A DNA stretch of 64,000 nt from an uncultured virus (IMG/VR IMGVR_UViG_3300041583_000459) (IMGVR_UViG_3300041583_000459); one strand, 5' to 3'. Shown: positions 41,590 through 52,306, counted from the first letter of the stretch. Program-made: numbers and translations. Notes: a model not told the origin generated them from the sequence alone.

Positions 41590-42102
41590 ATGAAAAAAAT
41601 CAAAAAAAATTATATAAACAACAAAGACTTACTTCAAGCCCTTATCGACTATAAAGGCGTTTGTTTTGAGGCAGAAGAGGGTGGCGAGATCAAGCCTATT
41701 GTCCCTGACTACATAGCGGTGTCTATTCTTACAATAGCAAAGCGGCTATCCACAAAACCAAACTTTTACAACTATCCTTTTCGTGAAGACATGATAATGG
41801 ACGGCGTTGAAAACTGTCTACTATATATGCATAATTTCGATGAGAACAAGTATAACAACCCATTTGCTTACTTTACTACAATTATATGGCAAGCATTTAT
41901 TAGACGAATTACAAAAGAAAAAAAGCAACTGTATATCCGATATAAAAATTCACAAAGTGCAATCGCAAGCGGTGGTACATATGTAGGTGATTCCAATATA
42001 CACCTAACCAGCGATGTAGATTATATCAATAGCTTTATAGAAGACTTTGAGGAAAAAATGGCAAAAGATAAGGAAAAGAAAAATGCTCCCCGTAATAATT
42101 GA
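41590..42102 (+). CDS. Late-transcription sigma factor gp55
   Basis: NYINNK.L, NF.NY.FREDMI.DG.ENC, NPFAYFT.I...AF.RRI.KEKKQ. Confidence 0.95.
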   Translation: MKKIKKNYINNKDLLQALIDYKGVCFEAEEGGEIKPIVPDYIAVSILTIAKRLSTKPNFYNYPFREDMIMDGVENCLLYMHNFDENKYNNPFAYFTTIIWQAFIRRITKEKKQLYIRYKNSQSAIASGGTYVGDSNIHLTSDVDYINSFIEDFEEKMAKDKEKKNAPRNN

Positions 42103-42237
42103 AGACTACATAAGAAATCTGAATAACAAAGCAGTTCATGTAGAAAAAAGACAATTCTACTACACATCTTTAGTAAATATTAGGAATGCAGTCAACCGTG
42201 CGATAGAAAAATATGATGAGGAAAGAAACTTCAAAAA

Positions 42238-43299
42238 ATGAAAGTTGCTGTAATAACAGATACACATTTTGGGGTTCGTGGCGACTCTCCTTTATTTTTA
42301 GATAATCAAAAGATGTTCTATGATGATGTTTTTTTTTCTACACTCGAAAAAGAAGGCATAACAACATTACTCCATTTAGGTGATCTGTTCGATAAAAGAA
42401 AATCTATAAACTTCTTGACATTATCAAGAACCAAAGAAATGTTCTTAGATAAACTTCTCAAAAAAAATATTCAGGTTCATTTGGTTGCTGGCAATCACGA
42501 CTGTTTTTACAAGAACACAAACGAAATAAATTCGGTTGAACTTCTATTGGAAGAATACCCAAACATTCATACTTATACGCAAGATCCCGTAGAATTGAAA
42601 CTTGGTTCTTGCTCTATTATGCTTTCACCTTGGCTTTCAAAAGATAATGAAGAAGTGTCTTTTGAAATGTTCAAAAAAACAAAGTGTTCTATACTGGCAG
42701 GTCATTTTGAATTTCAGGGGTTTGAAATGACTCGCGGAAATTTATCGAAGCATGGTCTAAAACCTGCTGATTTTATGAAGTTTGAAATGGTCTGGTCTGG
42801 TCATTTTCATATACCATCAGTTTACGATAATGTAGAATATCTAGGTGCACCATATGAAATGGATTGGTCAGATTATGATGGAATACGTGGGTTTCATATT
42901 TTCGACACAGAAACCAAAAATCTTGTTAGGGTTCGCAACCCACACAAACTACACCATAAGATAGTTTATGATGATACTGATATGACAATTGAAGATATTG
43001 CGGATCTTGACGTATCGATGCTAAAAAATTGTTTTGTTATGTTGGTAGTCGGCGCAAAAACAAGCCCACATCTTTTCGAAATGTTAGTAGAAAAAATAGA
43101 AAATTCTGGTGCCGCTGATGTGAAAATTGTAGAAGATGCCCTTAGTCTCGAAAATGTAGCAGACGACTCTACGATAGATGAAGCGAAAGACACAAGAGAA
43201 ATTCTTTATAACTATATTGATGATCTGGATACTAAAGTGACAAAATCAAAGGTCAAAGACCTTATAGGTAATTTATATATTGAGGCGATAAATCTATGA
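42238..43299 (+). CDS. Recombination nuclease gp47 (Mre11/SbcD-like)
   Basis: TDTHFG, LGDLFD, GNHD, GHFE, SGHFH. Confidence 0.95.
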   Translation: MKVAVITDTHFGVRGDSPLFLDNQKMFYDDVFFSTLEKEGITTLLHLGDLFDKRKSINFLTLSRTKEMFLDKLLKKNIQVHLVAGNHDCFYKNTNEINSVELLLEEYPNIHTYTQDPVELKLGSCSIMLSPWLSKDNEEVSFEMFKKTKCSILAGHFEFQGFEMTRGNLSKHGLKPADFMKFEMVWSGHFHIPSVYDNVEYLGAPYEMDWSDYDGIRGFHIFDTETKNLVRVRNPHKLHHKIVYDDTDMTIEDIADLDVSMLKNCFVMLVVGAKTSPHLFEMLVEKIENSGAADVKIVEDALSLENVADDSTIDEAKDTREILYNYIDDLDTKVTKSKVKDLIGNLYIEAINL

Positions 43300-45005
43300 T
43301 AATTTTTAAAATGCTTCGGTATAAAAACATTCTTTCTACTGGCAACACTTTTACAGAAATAGAGTTAAATAGAAATAAAACTACTCTGATAAGTGGTTCT
43401 AATGGATGTGGCAAATCTACTATATTGGATTCTATTGCCTTTGTATTATATGGAAAGCCTTTCAGAAAAATAAACAAAAGTCAATTGATTAATACGATAA
43501 ACCAAAAAGAACTTCTGGTTGAAATAGAGTTTTCGATAGCTAGTAACAACTATCTTATTAGGCGTGGAATAAAGCCAAATGTTTTTGAGATATGGAAAAA
43601 TAACGAAATGATAAATCAAGATGCTTCTGCTCGTGATTATCAAGAATATCTCGAACAAAACATTTTGAAAATGAATTTCAAATCCTTCAGTCAGATTGTT
43701 GTTCTGGGGTCGGCAACTTACGTTCCCTTTATGGAGTTGGGCGCTGCGGCAAGAAGAGAAGTCATCGAAGATCTGCTAGATATTCAGGTGTTCAGTACAA
43801 TGAATTCTATATTGAAAGAACGTGTTTCGGAAAATAAGCAAGAAATCACACAAAATAAAAGTCGGTATGACTTGGTGCAGTCAATGATAGATATGGCAAA
43901 AGACCATAACGATTCTATCATGAAAATGAAGCAAACCGAAGTTGAAAAAATAAAGAAAAAAGTTGGCGAAATACTTGACAAAATTGATGTCGAAAAAGAA
44001 CATGCGGATTCTATCCAAACACAGATAGAAGAAGTTATTGTTGCCATTGTGGATAAGGGCGCAGTAAAAAACAAACTTTCTAAAATGCGCGAACTTTTCC
44101 AAGAACTGAAAAGCAACAAAAATACACACAACAAAGAAATAAATTTCTATCATGACCATGACAACTGTCCCACTTGTAAGCAAGGAATAGAGGAATCCTT
44201 TAAAGAAAATATCGTAGTAGGTAAGAAAAATATGATGGAAGAGTTGGAAGATGGCATACAAAAATTAGGCGCAAAAATATCCGCACTAGAAAGTAGATTA
44301 GAAGAAATATCAGATGTTGAGGATTCTATCCAGAAGCTTAACATCAATATTGGCGGTCATAATGCCAACATCAATATAATGAAAAGTAATCTACGAAGTT
44401 TCAAGTTAGAGCTTGACAATGCAAATAAAGAGGTGGAGGAAGTAGATTCGAGCAAAATAAAAGAATTCGAAACAGAAAAAAATAGCTTGATAACCCAACA
44501 AGAAATGTTGTATGATACTAAAGAGACTCTAGGTGTGGCATCTACCATACTTAAAGACGGCGGCATAAAAACGAGAATTGTCAAGCAGTATATACCTGTT
44601 ATGAACAAACTCATTAGTAAATATCTTGCTGCTTTTGAGTTATTTGTTGATTTTCAACTTGACGAAAGCTTCAATGAAAGTATAAAATCAAGGTTCAGAG
44701 ATACGTTTTCGTATGCCTCTTTTTCAGAAGGTGAAAAGCTTAGAATTTCTCTTGCTATTCTGCTAACTTGGCGAACCATTTCTAAAATGAGAAACTCGGT
44801 TTCTACCAATCTGTTGTTTTTAGATGAAACTTTAGATGGATCTATAGATGCCACAGGTATTGAAAAGCTAATTGACACCCTAAACAACATCAATTCAAAA
44901 GATAATGTTTTTGTGATTTCTCATAGAGGTGATCATTTTGGTGATAAGTTTGAATCGCATATTCAATTTGAAAAAGTGAAAAACTTTAGTAGAATTGCGG
45001 CATGA
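43296..45005 (+). CDS. Recombination ATPase gp46 (Rad50/SbcC-like)
   Basis: GSNGCGKST, CPTC hook, FSEGEK, LDE. Confidence 0.95.
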   Translation: MIIFKMLRYKNILSTGNTFTEIELNRNKTTLISGSNGCGKSTILDSIAFVLYGKPFRKINKSQLINTINQKELLVEIEFSIASNNYLIRRGIKPNVFEIWKNNEMINQDASARDYQEYLEQNILKMNFKSFSQIVVLGSATYVPFMELGAAARREVIEDLLDIQVFSTMNSILKERVSENKQEITQNKSRYDLVQSMIDMAKDHNDSIMKMKQTEVEKIKKKVGEILDKIDVEKEHADSIQTQIEEVIVAIVDKGAVKNKLSKMRELFQELKSNKNTHNKEINFYHDHDNCPTCKQGIEESFKENIVVGKKNMMEELEDGIQKLGAKISALESRLEEISDVEDSIQKLNINIGGHNANINIMKSNLRSFKLELDNANKEVEEVDSSKIKEFETEKNSLITQQEMLYDTKETLGVASTILKDGGIKTRIVKQYIPVMNKLISKYLAAFELFVDFQLDESFNESIKSRFRDTFSYASFSEGEKLRISLAILLTWRTISKMRNSVSTNLLFLDETLDGSIDATGIEKLIDTLNNINSKDNVFVISHRGDHFGDKFESHIQFEKVKNFSRIAA

Positions 45006-45057
45006 ATCAGAATTACTGATTCATGCATTTATAATGAAATAATTAAAGGATTACAAT

Positions 45058-46569
45058 ATGTCAGATTCGTTTTATACGAATGTCACTCGCTATGGCAATA
45101 ATATATTATGGCGTGGTTACGAAAATGGTGTTGCATTTTCAAGAAAAGTAAAATACCAACCCACACTTTTCACCAGAACAAAAGATGAGACTCCTTGGAG
45201 TTCTTTCGTCGAAAACATGCCAATTCAACCCAAGAAATTTGAAACGATGGGTGACACAAAAGATTTCATAGAAAAATACAAAGGCGTTGATGGTTTTGGT
45301 GTTTATGGCAATTCTAACTATGTCACACAATTCATACAGGAAAAATACCCAAACAATATCACATTTGATATGAACATTGTCAACATTTTTTCTTTTGATA
45401 TTGAAGTTGATATTCGGGATGGTAAACCAAATATGGAAATAGCAGACAAGCCCATTACATCTATTGCCACAAAATCTTCAAAACAAGACCATTACTATCT
45501 TCTTGGCCTTAAAGACTATGATAGGTACGCGACCGTAACAGGCATAGATCCAAAAAACATTCGCTTTATCAAATGCGATTCGGAAAAGGATTTGCTCGAA
45601 AAATTCATGAGGATTTGGTGTGAAAATTATCCTGATATCGTAACTGGGTGGAATTGTGACTTCTTCGATGTGCAGTATGTAGTGACTAGAATTATCAGCC
45701 TGTTCAGTGAAGCAAGAGCAAAAGAGCTTTCACCTTGGGGATATATTAAAAAGAAGTCGATTGAAAAATTTGGTAAGAGACAATACAGCTATGAAATTTA
45801 TGGCATTTCAATAATAGACTATATGGACGTGTTCAAGAAATTTGGATACAAATATGGCACACAAGAAAGTTATAGACTTGATCATATTGCACATGTTGTG
45901 TTGGGTGAAAAAAAGCTGGACTATTCACAATACGGAACACTTACCGCACTATATGATAACAATCCCCAACTTTACTTAGACTATAACCTAAAAGACACTT
46001 TACTAATTCAAAGATTTGAAGATGAAACAGCAATGCTTTCTTTGACTCTTACTGTTGCCTATGGTGGGGGCGTTAACTTCAACGATGCATTTGGCACAGT
46101 AGGCATTTGGGAAGCTACACTATACAGAAAACTAATGGACAAAAAGTTAGTTCCAGCCGTAAAATCTAGTTCGGGTGGTACACCATCAGATTTAGTTGGG
46201 GGGTATGTGAAAGAACCAATTCCAAATATTTACCCTTGGGTAGTTTCATTCGATTTGAACAGCCTATATCCTATGTTAATGGTTCAATACAATATGTCGC
46301 CCGAAACTTATATTTCAGATGTGCGTTCTAAAGTGACACCAGATATGGTCTTGGAAGGTAAGTATCAAAACAACAATAAAAATAATTCTGTTTGCGCTAA
46401 TGGGGCTCATTTCAGTAACGAAAAAATCGGTGTCATCCCCGAAATCATTAATGAATATTATGCCAAAAGAAGCAAAACTAAAGTAGAGATGTTAGAGATG
46501 GAATCTCTGTTAGAGATTATAAACGAAGAGAAAGCTAAAAGAAAGTCAAATTTGGCAATATCTACATAA
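45058..46569 (+). CDS. Family B DNA polymerase gp43, N-terminal subunit (exonuclease and motif A)
   Basis: FDIEV, GWN..FFD, YN.KD, SFDLNSLYP. Confidence 0.95.
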   Translation: MSDSFYTNVTRYGNNILWRGYENGVAFSRKVKYQPTLFTRTKDETPWSSFVENMPIQPKKFETMGDTKDFIEKYKGVDGFGVYGNSNYVTQFIQEKYPNNITFDMNIVNIFSFDIEVDIRDGKPNMEIADKPITSIATKSSKQDHYYLLGLKDYDRYATVTGIDPKNIRFIKCDSEKDLLEKFMRIWCENYPDIVTGWNCDFFDVQYVVTRIISLFSEARAKELSPWGYIKKKSIEKFGKRQYSYEIYGISIIDYMDVFKKFGYKYGTQESYRLDHIAHVVLGEKKLDYSQYGTLTALYDNNPQLYLDYNLKDTLLIQRFEDETAMLSLTLTVAYGGGVNFNDAFGTVGIWEATLYRKLMDKKLVPAVKSSSGGTPSDLVGGYVKEPIPNIYPWVVSFDLNSLYPMLMVQYNMSPETYISDVRSKVTPDMVLEGKYQNNNKNNSVCANGAHFSNEKIGVIPEIINEYYAKRSKTKVEMLEMESLLEIINEEKAKRKSNLAIST

Positions 46570-46628
46570 TTATGTGGAAATTAGAACGAATTTGTGATAT
46601 AAAGTATGATACTGATAAAGGATTTTGA

Positions 46629-47732
46629 ATGATAAATTTATGCGATATGACAAACGAAGATTTGCTGATTTTGGAGTTACAGACTAAGAAAAAAATTGTA
46701 CAGTTGCACAATGCCCAAATGGCAATTAAGATTGCTATGAACTCACTATATGGCGCAACCGCAAATATATATTTCCTGTATTATATTGGCGAAATGGCGG
46801 AAGCTATTACTATGTCAGGCCAACTTTCGGTTAGGTATGCAGAAAAAGCAGTGAACGCTTACATGAATAAAATAATGAAAACACAAGATGTAGACTATAT
46901 TCATTACATCGACACCGACAGTATCTATCTGGGCATGGGTCCATTAGTTAAAAAAGTTTTTGGGCCAGATGATATTTCTGTGTCACAAGGCGAAGAATTT
47001 CTAGACGGTGTTTGTAAGACTAAAATTGAAGTTGTGTTGTCTGACGCATATAAAGAGCTTTCAAATTATATGGGTTCATACGAAAATGCGATGAGGATGA
47101 AACGAGAAAAGATAACAAACAGATCACTGTTTGTTGCGAAAAAGCGATATATTATGAATGTCCTTAACAGCGAAGGCGTCCATTATGATATTCCTAAAAT
47201 TTCTATAACGGGAATTGAAGCAGTAAGATCCTCTACCCCAGAGGTATGTCGTAAAAAAATGAAAGAGACCTTTAAGGTTATTATGAACAGCACTGAAAAA
47301 GAAGTTCAGAGTTTTGTTGATGATTTTAAAGACACATTTAAGAGCTTGCCTGTAGAAGAAATATCAAAGATATCAGGTACTAATTCTATCGAAGAATATA
47401 TGGATGGTAACACATACCGCAAAGCTTGCCCTATTCATGTTAGGGGCTGTATCATATACAATCGGATGCTCAAGAAACAAGAATTAGATAAGAAATATGA
47501 CATCATAATGTCTGGCGATAAGATCAAATACGTCTATCTTAAAATGCCAAATCCCTCCGGCGAAAACGTAATTTCATACGCTAACGTATTACCACCAGAA
47601 TTTGGGCTTCACAACTATATTGACCACGACTTACAATTTGAAAAACTTTTCGTTGCACCAGTCAATAAAATTCTTACTGCTATTGGTTGGAGTGCCAAGA
47701 AAATTGATACCATCGAAAGTTTTTTTTCATGA
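46629..47732 (+). CDS. Family B DNA polymerase gp43, C-terminal subunit (motifs B and C, thumb)
   Basis: KIAMNSLYG, YIDTDS, KKRY, C-terminal clamp-binding-type IESFF. Confidence 0.95.
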   Translation: MINLCDMTNEDLLILELQTKKKIVQLHNAQMAIKIAMNSLYGATANIYFLYYIGEMAEAITMSGQLSVRYAEKAVNAYMNKIMKTQDVDYIHYIDTDSIYLGMGPLVKKVFGPDDISVSQGEEFLDGVCKTKIEVVLSDAYKELSNYMGSYENAMRMKREKITNRSLFVAKKRYIMNVLNSEGVHYDIPKISITGIEAVRSSTPEVCRKKMKETFKVIMNSTEKEVQSFVDDFKDTFKSLPVEEISKISGTNSIEEYMDGNTYRKACPIHVRGCIIYNRMLKKQELDKKYDIIMSGDKIKYVYLKMPNPSGENVISYANVLPPEFGLHNYIDHDLQFEKLFVAPVNKILTAIGWSAKKIDTIESFFS

Positions 47733-47746
47733 AAGGAAATATATAA

Positions 47747-48385
47747 ATGCGCAATAGAAAAGACCTTTTCATAGACTTTCAGACCTTTGGGTTCGATCCA
47801 AATAAATGTGCAATTATAAACTGTTCTATGTTTGTTTTCGATTGGGGTCTTTTTGGTACAGACCCATATAGTTTCAAAAGTATAGTTTCTAATGTCAGTA
47901 CATTTAAATGCTCGGTCAAAGAGCAAGTGACGAAACATAATTTTGAAGTTGATAGTAATAGCGTAGATTGGTGGGCAGGAAAATCACAAAATCACAAAGA
48001 AAATATTAAACCAAAAAAAGATGACCTATCACTAGAAGATTTTTACGATAAAATTACATCACATATCGAAAATTACCCTTATGTGTATTGGTGGACGCGC
48101 AATAATATGTTTGACCCTGTTGTATTACAAAGGGTTTCACATTCGGTTGGGCATCAAGATTTGCATAGTAATAAATTCAAACCTTGGCGAGTTCGTGATG
48201 TTAGTACATATATTGACGCAAAATTTGATTTCACCACTGACACCAATTTCATACCAGTTGAAGATGAAGAATTATGGAAAAAAGAATATCTACAACATTA
48301 CTCCGCCCATGATATTGCAGCCGACGTGATGCGACTACAAGCAATTTATCGTGCAGAAAATGACCTACCAACCACAAAACAATAA
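47747..48385 (+). CDS. dexA: DexA-like DEDD exonuclease
   Basis: FIDFQTFG, WW..., WTRN..FD, W.VRD..T.ID, H.S.HD.A.DV. Confidence 0.8.
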   Translation: MRNRKDLFIDFQTFGFDPNKCAIINCSMFVFDWGLFGTDPYSFKSIVSNVSTFKCSVKEQVTKHNFEVDSNSVDWWAGKSQNHKENIKPKKDDLSLEDFYDKITSHIENYPYVYWWTRNNMFDPVVLQRVSHSVGHQDLHSNKFKPWRVRDVSTYIDAKFDFTTDTNFIPVEDEELWKKEYLQHYSAHDIAADVMRLQAIYRAENDLPTTKQ

Positions 48386-48468
48386 TATTATACTTGACTA
48401 TGTGATATAAAAAGGTTAGTATGGTCTTTATACTAATCTAAATTGAATTTATTATGAAAGGACTACAA

Positions 48469-49134
48469 ATGAAGTTTTCAGAAAATACGATGAGCATATT
48501 GAAGAATTTCTCTTCAATTAATCAATCCATTGTTTTCAAAGCAGGAAATGAACTGCGGACAATTAGCCCACAAAAAACGGTGATGGCTATCGCTACTATC
48601 GAAGACGAAATCCCAAGCAATGCATGTGTTTATGATCTATCGCGCTTTCTATCAGCATATAGCCTATATGGCCAACCGACACTAGAGTTTAATGAAAAAA
48701 ACTTTGTCATTTCCGAAGGCCGACGCAAAACAAAATATACCTATGCCGAGCCATCTATGGTCATAACACCGCCCGATAAAGAAATCAAGATTCCTTCTGT
48801 TGATGTCCAAGTTGATATCGAATGGTCTGATCTACAATCTGTTATCAAAGCTTCTGGTATTTTGCAACTTCCAGAAGTGGCATTTGTTGGTGAAGGTGGC
48901 GTTTGTTATTTGCGGGCAATTGATAGTGGAAATCCAACTGCTGATACTTTTGGGGTTGAACTTGGCGAAACTAATGATACATTTACCCTAATTATCAAGA
49001 CAGAAAACCTAAAAATTCTACCAAAGAACTACAAGGTTTCCCTAAGCTCTGCTGGTATTTCGAAATTTGAAGCAGAGGGTTTGATGTATTTCATTGCCAT
49101 TGAATCAAAATCAACATACAAAAAGGGCGAATAA
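48469..49134 (+). CDS. Sliding clamp gp45
   Basis: T..ILKNFS.IN.S, YDL..FL, Y.IA.E. Confidence 0.95.
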   Translation: MKFSENTMSILKNFSSINQSIVFKAGNELRTISPQKTVMAIATIEDEIPSNACVYDLSRFLSAYSLYGQPTLEFNEKNFVISEGRRKTKYTYAEPSMVITPPDKEIKIPSVDVQVDIEWSDLQSVIKASGILQLPEVAFVGEGGVCYLRAIDSGNPTADTFGVELGETNDTFTLIIKTENLKILPKNYKVSLSSAGISKFEAEGLMYFIAIESKSTYKKGE

Positions 49135-49328
49135 TGACACAAGAACAATCTAATATAAACCTTCAAGACCTTGCGACCGTTGTGAACATCATTGATGCTT
49201 GTTCACAACGGGGTGCAATCAAGGGTGATGAGCTTGCTGTTGTGGGGCAACTTCGTGAAAAGTTTTTTGCTATTGTAAAAGCAAATACACCTGAAGAGAA
49301 AGTATCAGAAGAGGAAGTAGGGGAATAA
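49134..49328 (+). CDS. Small conserved hypothetical protein
   Basis: DL....IID.CSQRGA....EL..VG; coupled to gp45. Confidence 0.65.
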   Translation: MTQEQSNINLQDLATVVNIIDACSQRGAIKGDELAVVGQLREKFFAIVKANTPEEKVSEEEVGE

Positions 49329-49379
49329 CCCTACTTCTTCACTACATTATATTATGAAACACACAGAGGTAAAGAAAAT

Positions 49380-50333
49380 ATGAATTTAGAGTCTAAAAAT
49401 GACGAGATACTTTGGGCGCAGAAATATCGCCCATCCCGCATTCAAGATACCATTTTGCCAGAAAAAACTAAAAAATCGTTTCAAAATTTTATAGATAATA
49501 AGAGTATACCAAATCTTCTCTTATCAGGCCCCCCAGGAACTGGCAAAACTACCGCTGCGATTGCTATGTTAAAGGAGCTAGATTGTGATTATATGATAAT
49601 CAACGGTTCGCTTGATGGGAATATGGATACTATACGAAATGACATTACCACATTTGCTTCATCTGTCTCTTTTTCTGGTGGAAGAAAATATGTAATTATT
49701 GATGAGGCTGATTACATCACTTCAAAAGCGCAGGCAAGCTTTAGAAATTTTGTTGAGGAGTATTCAAAAAATTGCGGTTTTATCTTTACTTGCAACTATA
49801 AAAATCGTATCATCGAACCACTTCGCAATTCGCGTTTCTCAAATGTTGATTTTGTCATCGAAAATGAAGAAAAGCCCAAACTTGCTGGCCAGTTTTTCAA
49901 GCGGGTAATTGCTATTCTCAAAGAAGAAAATGTAGAATACGAGCAAAAAATTGTTGCGAAAGTAATTGAAAAATTCTTTCCCGATTTTAGAAGAGTGCTG
50001 ACTGAGCTTCAAAGCTACGCAGGTACAGGAAAAATTGATGAGGGCATTCTTATAAATGTCAAGCAAGAAACTGTAGAGCAACTGTTTTCTATTCTCAAGA
50101 AAAAAGAATTTGATGCGATGATTAATTGGTGTGATGATAACTCTGACCAAGATGCCAATGAATTATTTGAAAAAATCTACCGAACATCGGTAACACTCGT
50201 AAAGAAAAATGCGCTACCTGGGTTCATCGTTGAGTTGGGTAAATATTCATATCAACATTCTATGGTAGCAAATCCTACTATCAATCTTTGTGCTTTCTTG
50301 ACAGTTGTAATGTTTGAAGCAGAGTATGTGTAA
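49380..50333 (+). CDS. Clamp loader large subunit gp44
   Basis: W..KYRP, GPPGTGKTT, DEAD, SR, FPDFRR. Confidence 0.95.
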   Translation: MNLESKNDEILWAQKYRPSRIQDTILPEKTKKSFQNFIDNKSIPNLLLSGPPGTGKTTAAIAMLKELDCDYMIINGSLDGNMDTIRNDITTFASSVSFSGGRKYVIIDEADYITSKAQASFRNFVEEYSKNCGFIFTCNYKNRIIEPLRNSRFSNVDFVIENEEKPKLAGQFFKRVIAILKEENVEYEQKIVAKVIEKFFPDFRRVLTELQSYAGTGKIDEGILINVKQETVEQLFSILKKKEFDAMINWCDDNSDQDANELFEKIYRTSVTLVKKNALPGFIVELGKYSYQHSMVANPTINLCAFLTVVMFEAEYV

Positions 50334-50335
50334 AA

Positions 50336-50542
50336 GTGTTTAGTTTTTTTGGCAAAAATACAAAAGTAGAATACACCGATTGTTTCTTTTGTGACTTGAA
50401 ACCCACAAAAGAGCAATCGTTTCAATTTCAGTATAGTGCAGATGGAAGCACATTTACTGTTGATATGTGTCCTATTTGTGCAGGAACATTGGAAGAAATA
50501 ATGAAAAAAAGAGATGGAAACAAGGAACCAGTATATGAATGA
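50336..50542 (+). CDS. Small CxxC..CxxC zinc-ribbon protein
   Basis: CFFC and CPIC. Confidence 0.55.
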   Translation: MFSFFGKNTKVEYTDCFFCDLKPTKEQSFQFQYSADGSTFTVDMCPICAGTLEEIMKKRDGNKEPVYE

Positions 50543-51896
50543 GTATAGGCTATACAATGGCGATTGTGTTGATAAGTTGAAAGAGTTGCCTGACAATAGT
50601 GTAGATAGTATCGTGACAGACCCTCCTTATGGTCTGTCTAAAGAACCTGATATGATAGAAGTTCTTACACACTGGATGAATGGCGAATCGTATAGTCATA
50701 ACCACAAAGGATTCATGGGAAAGGAATGGGATAGTTTCGTCCCAAGCCCTAATATCTGGAAAGAGTGTTTGCGCGTATTAAAGCCAGGTGGACATATGGT
50801 TGCTTTTTTTGGCACAAGAACATATGACATCGGAACTTTATCAATACGAATTGCTGGTTTTCAAATTCGCGATCAATTAGCATGGGTTTTTTCCACAGGA
50901 TTCCCGAAATCTATGAATATTTCTAAAGCTATAGACGCTAATTTGCTAACTGGTGAAGGCGAATCTATTATCAGTGATGAAGCAAAAGAATGGGAAGGTT
51001 GGGGGACTGCGCTAAAACCCGCGTATGAGCCTATTGTGTTGGCAAGAAAACCACTTATTGGGACAGTTGCAAAAAACGTATTGAAATATGGTACTGGGGG
51101 AATTAATATTGATGGTTCAAGAATAAAAACTTCTGAAAGTAAACCAAGAGATCATGAAATGTCACAATCTAAAAGCTATTCTAAATCGGGAAGCGTGAGC
51201 TTTACTTCTGATGCTGGTAAATTTATTGGTGGTGATCCAAAAGGAAGATTCCCTTCTAATCTTATTCATGATGGAAGTGATGAAGTTGTTGATCTTTTTC
51301 CATATTCTAAATCTGGTGCGTTAACAAGCGATCAGCAAGCAAAAGGTGGTTATGCTGGTTCGGGTAGTGGCATCATATACGGAAAAGCATCGCGCGGGGG
51401 TACATCTGAATATGGCGGTAGTGAAGGTAGCGCGTCACGATTCTTCTACTGCGCAAAAGCAAGCTCTGGTGATCGAGATGAAGGTTTAGGAGAATTTAAT
51501 TCAAAACAGGCTTTGGGTCTTCCACTTAGAAGTAAAGATAAAAAATCTGTTGGGGCTGGTTTGGATGGAACAAAGACATTTCGGGAAACTACCAGAAAAA
51601 ACGTACATCCTACAGTCAAACCCGTTTCGCTTATGCAACATCTAGTTCGCATGATAACACCACCAAACGGGACAGTTCTTGATCCTTTCATGGGTTCAGG
51701 GTCTACAGGTAAAGCGGCTATGTATGAGGGCTTTAAATTTATTGGTATTGAAATGGACAAAAGTTATATGGAAATTGCGGAAGCAAGAATAAAATTTGCA
51801 ATGCATAATAAAGATAAGGTACAACTTAAAACTGTTGCAAAATCACCACCTTTGGTGTATGATGATTCAAATGACAATTTGGGAAAGTTTCTATAA
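50535..51896 (+). CDS. DNA amino-methyltransferase (N6-A/N4-C, beta-class order)
   Basis: VTDPPY, HPTVKP, LDPFMGSGSTG. Confidence 0.92.
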   Translation: MNEYRLYNGDCVDKLKELPDNSVDSIVTDPPYGLSKEPDMIEVLTHWMNGESYSHNHKGFMGKEWDSFVPSPNIWKECLRVLKPGGHMVAFFGTRTYDIGTLSIRIAGFQIRDQLAWVFSTGFPKSMNISKAIDANLLTGEGESIISDEAKEWEGWGTALKPAYEPIVLARKPLIGTVAKNVLKYGTGGINIDGSRIKTSESKPRDHEMSQSKSYSKSGSVSFTSDAGKFIGGDPKGRFPSNLIHDGSDEVVDLFPYSKSGALTSDQQAKGGYAGSGSGIIYGKASRGGTSEYGGSEGSASRFFYCAKASSGDRDEGLGEFNSKQALGLPLRSKDKKSVGAGLDGTKTFRETTRKNVHPTVKPVSLMQHLVRMITPPNGTVLDPFMGSGSTGKAAMYEGFKFIGIEMDKSYMEIAEARIKFAMHNKDKVQLKTVAKSPPLVYDDSNDNLGKFL

Positions 51897-52297
51897 TGAG
51901 TGAAGAATACAAGTTTACTGATTTCATTAAGTCGGTTACGCATAACAAAAAAGACATAATAGGCGAAAGTGAATCGCCCGAAACAGTCGAAAAAGCATAT
52001 CCGGCATATGCTATAAATAAGATACTTTCGAGATTTCCTGATACCATATTACACGCAAACGAGATGAATATGTGCCATGGGTTGTCTAATGATGCGCAGT
52101 ACAGATACTATCTAAATATGCTTAGGCCAAGGAATAGGTTTAGGGCGGCACATCAAAAAGATAAAACTCTTGAAGAAAATACTAAGATGGTTCAAGTGTT
52201 TTATCAGTGCAATCGTACTACTGCCAAGCAATATATTCGGGTTTTGAAAGAAGAAAACTTGATTACAATCAGAGATAGTATGCAAAAAGGCGGATAA
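51896..52297 (+). CDS. Clamp loader small subunit gp62
   Basis: Y..Y.IN..LS.F.DT...ANEMN, QY.Y.LN..R. Confidence 0.9.
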   Translation: MSEEYKFTDFIKSVTHNKKDIIGESESPETVEKAYPAYAINKILSRFPDTILHANEMNMCHGLSNDAQYRYYLNMLRPRNRFRAAHQKDKTLEENTKMVQVFYQCNRTTAKQYIRVLKEENLITIRDSMQKGG

Positions 52298-52306
52298 TAT
52301 TTATTG

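Noticed and set aside
46570..46628. Intron or split intein in the polymerase
   Set aside because: The spacer is only 59 nt, there are no intein terminal residues, and subunit B has its own RBS.
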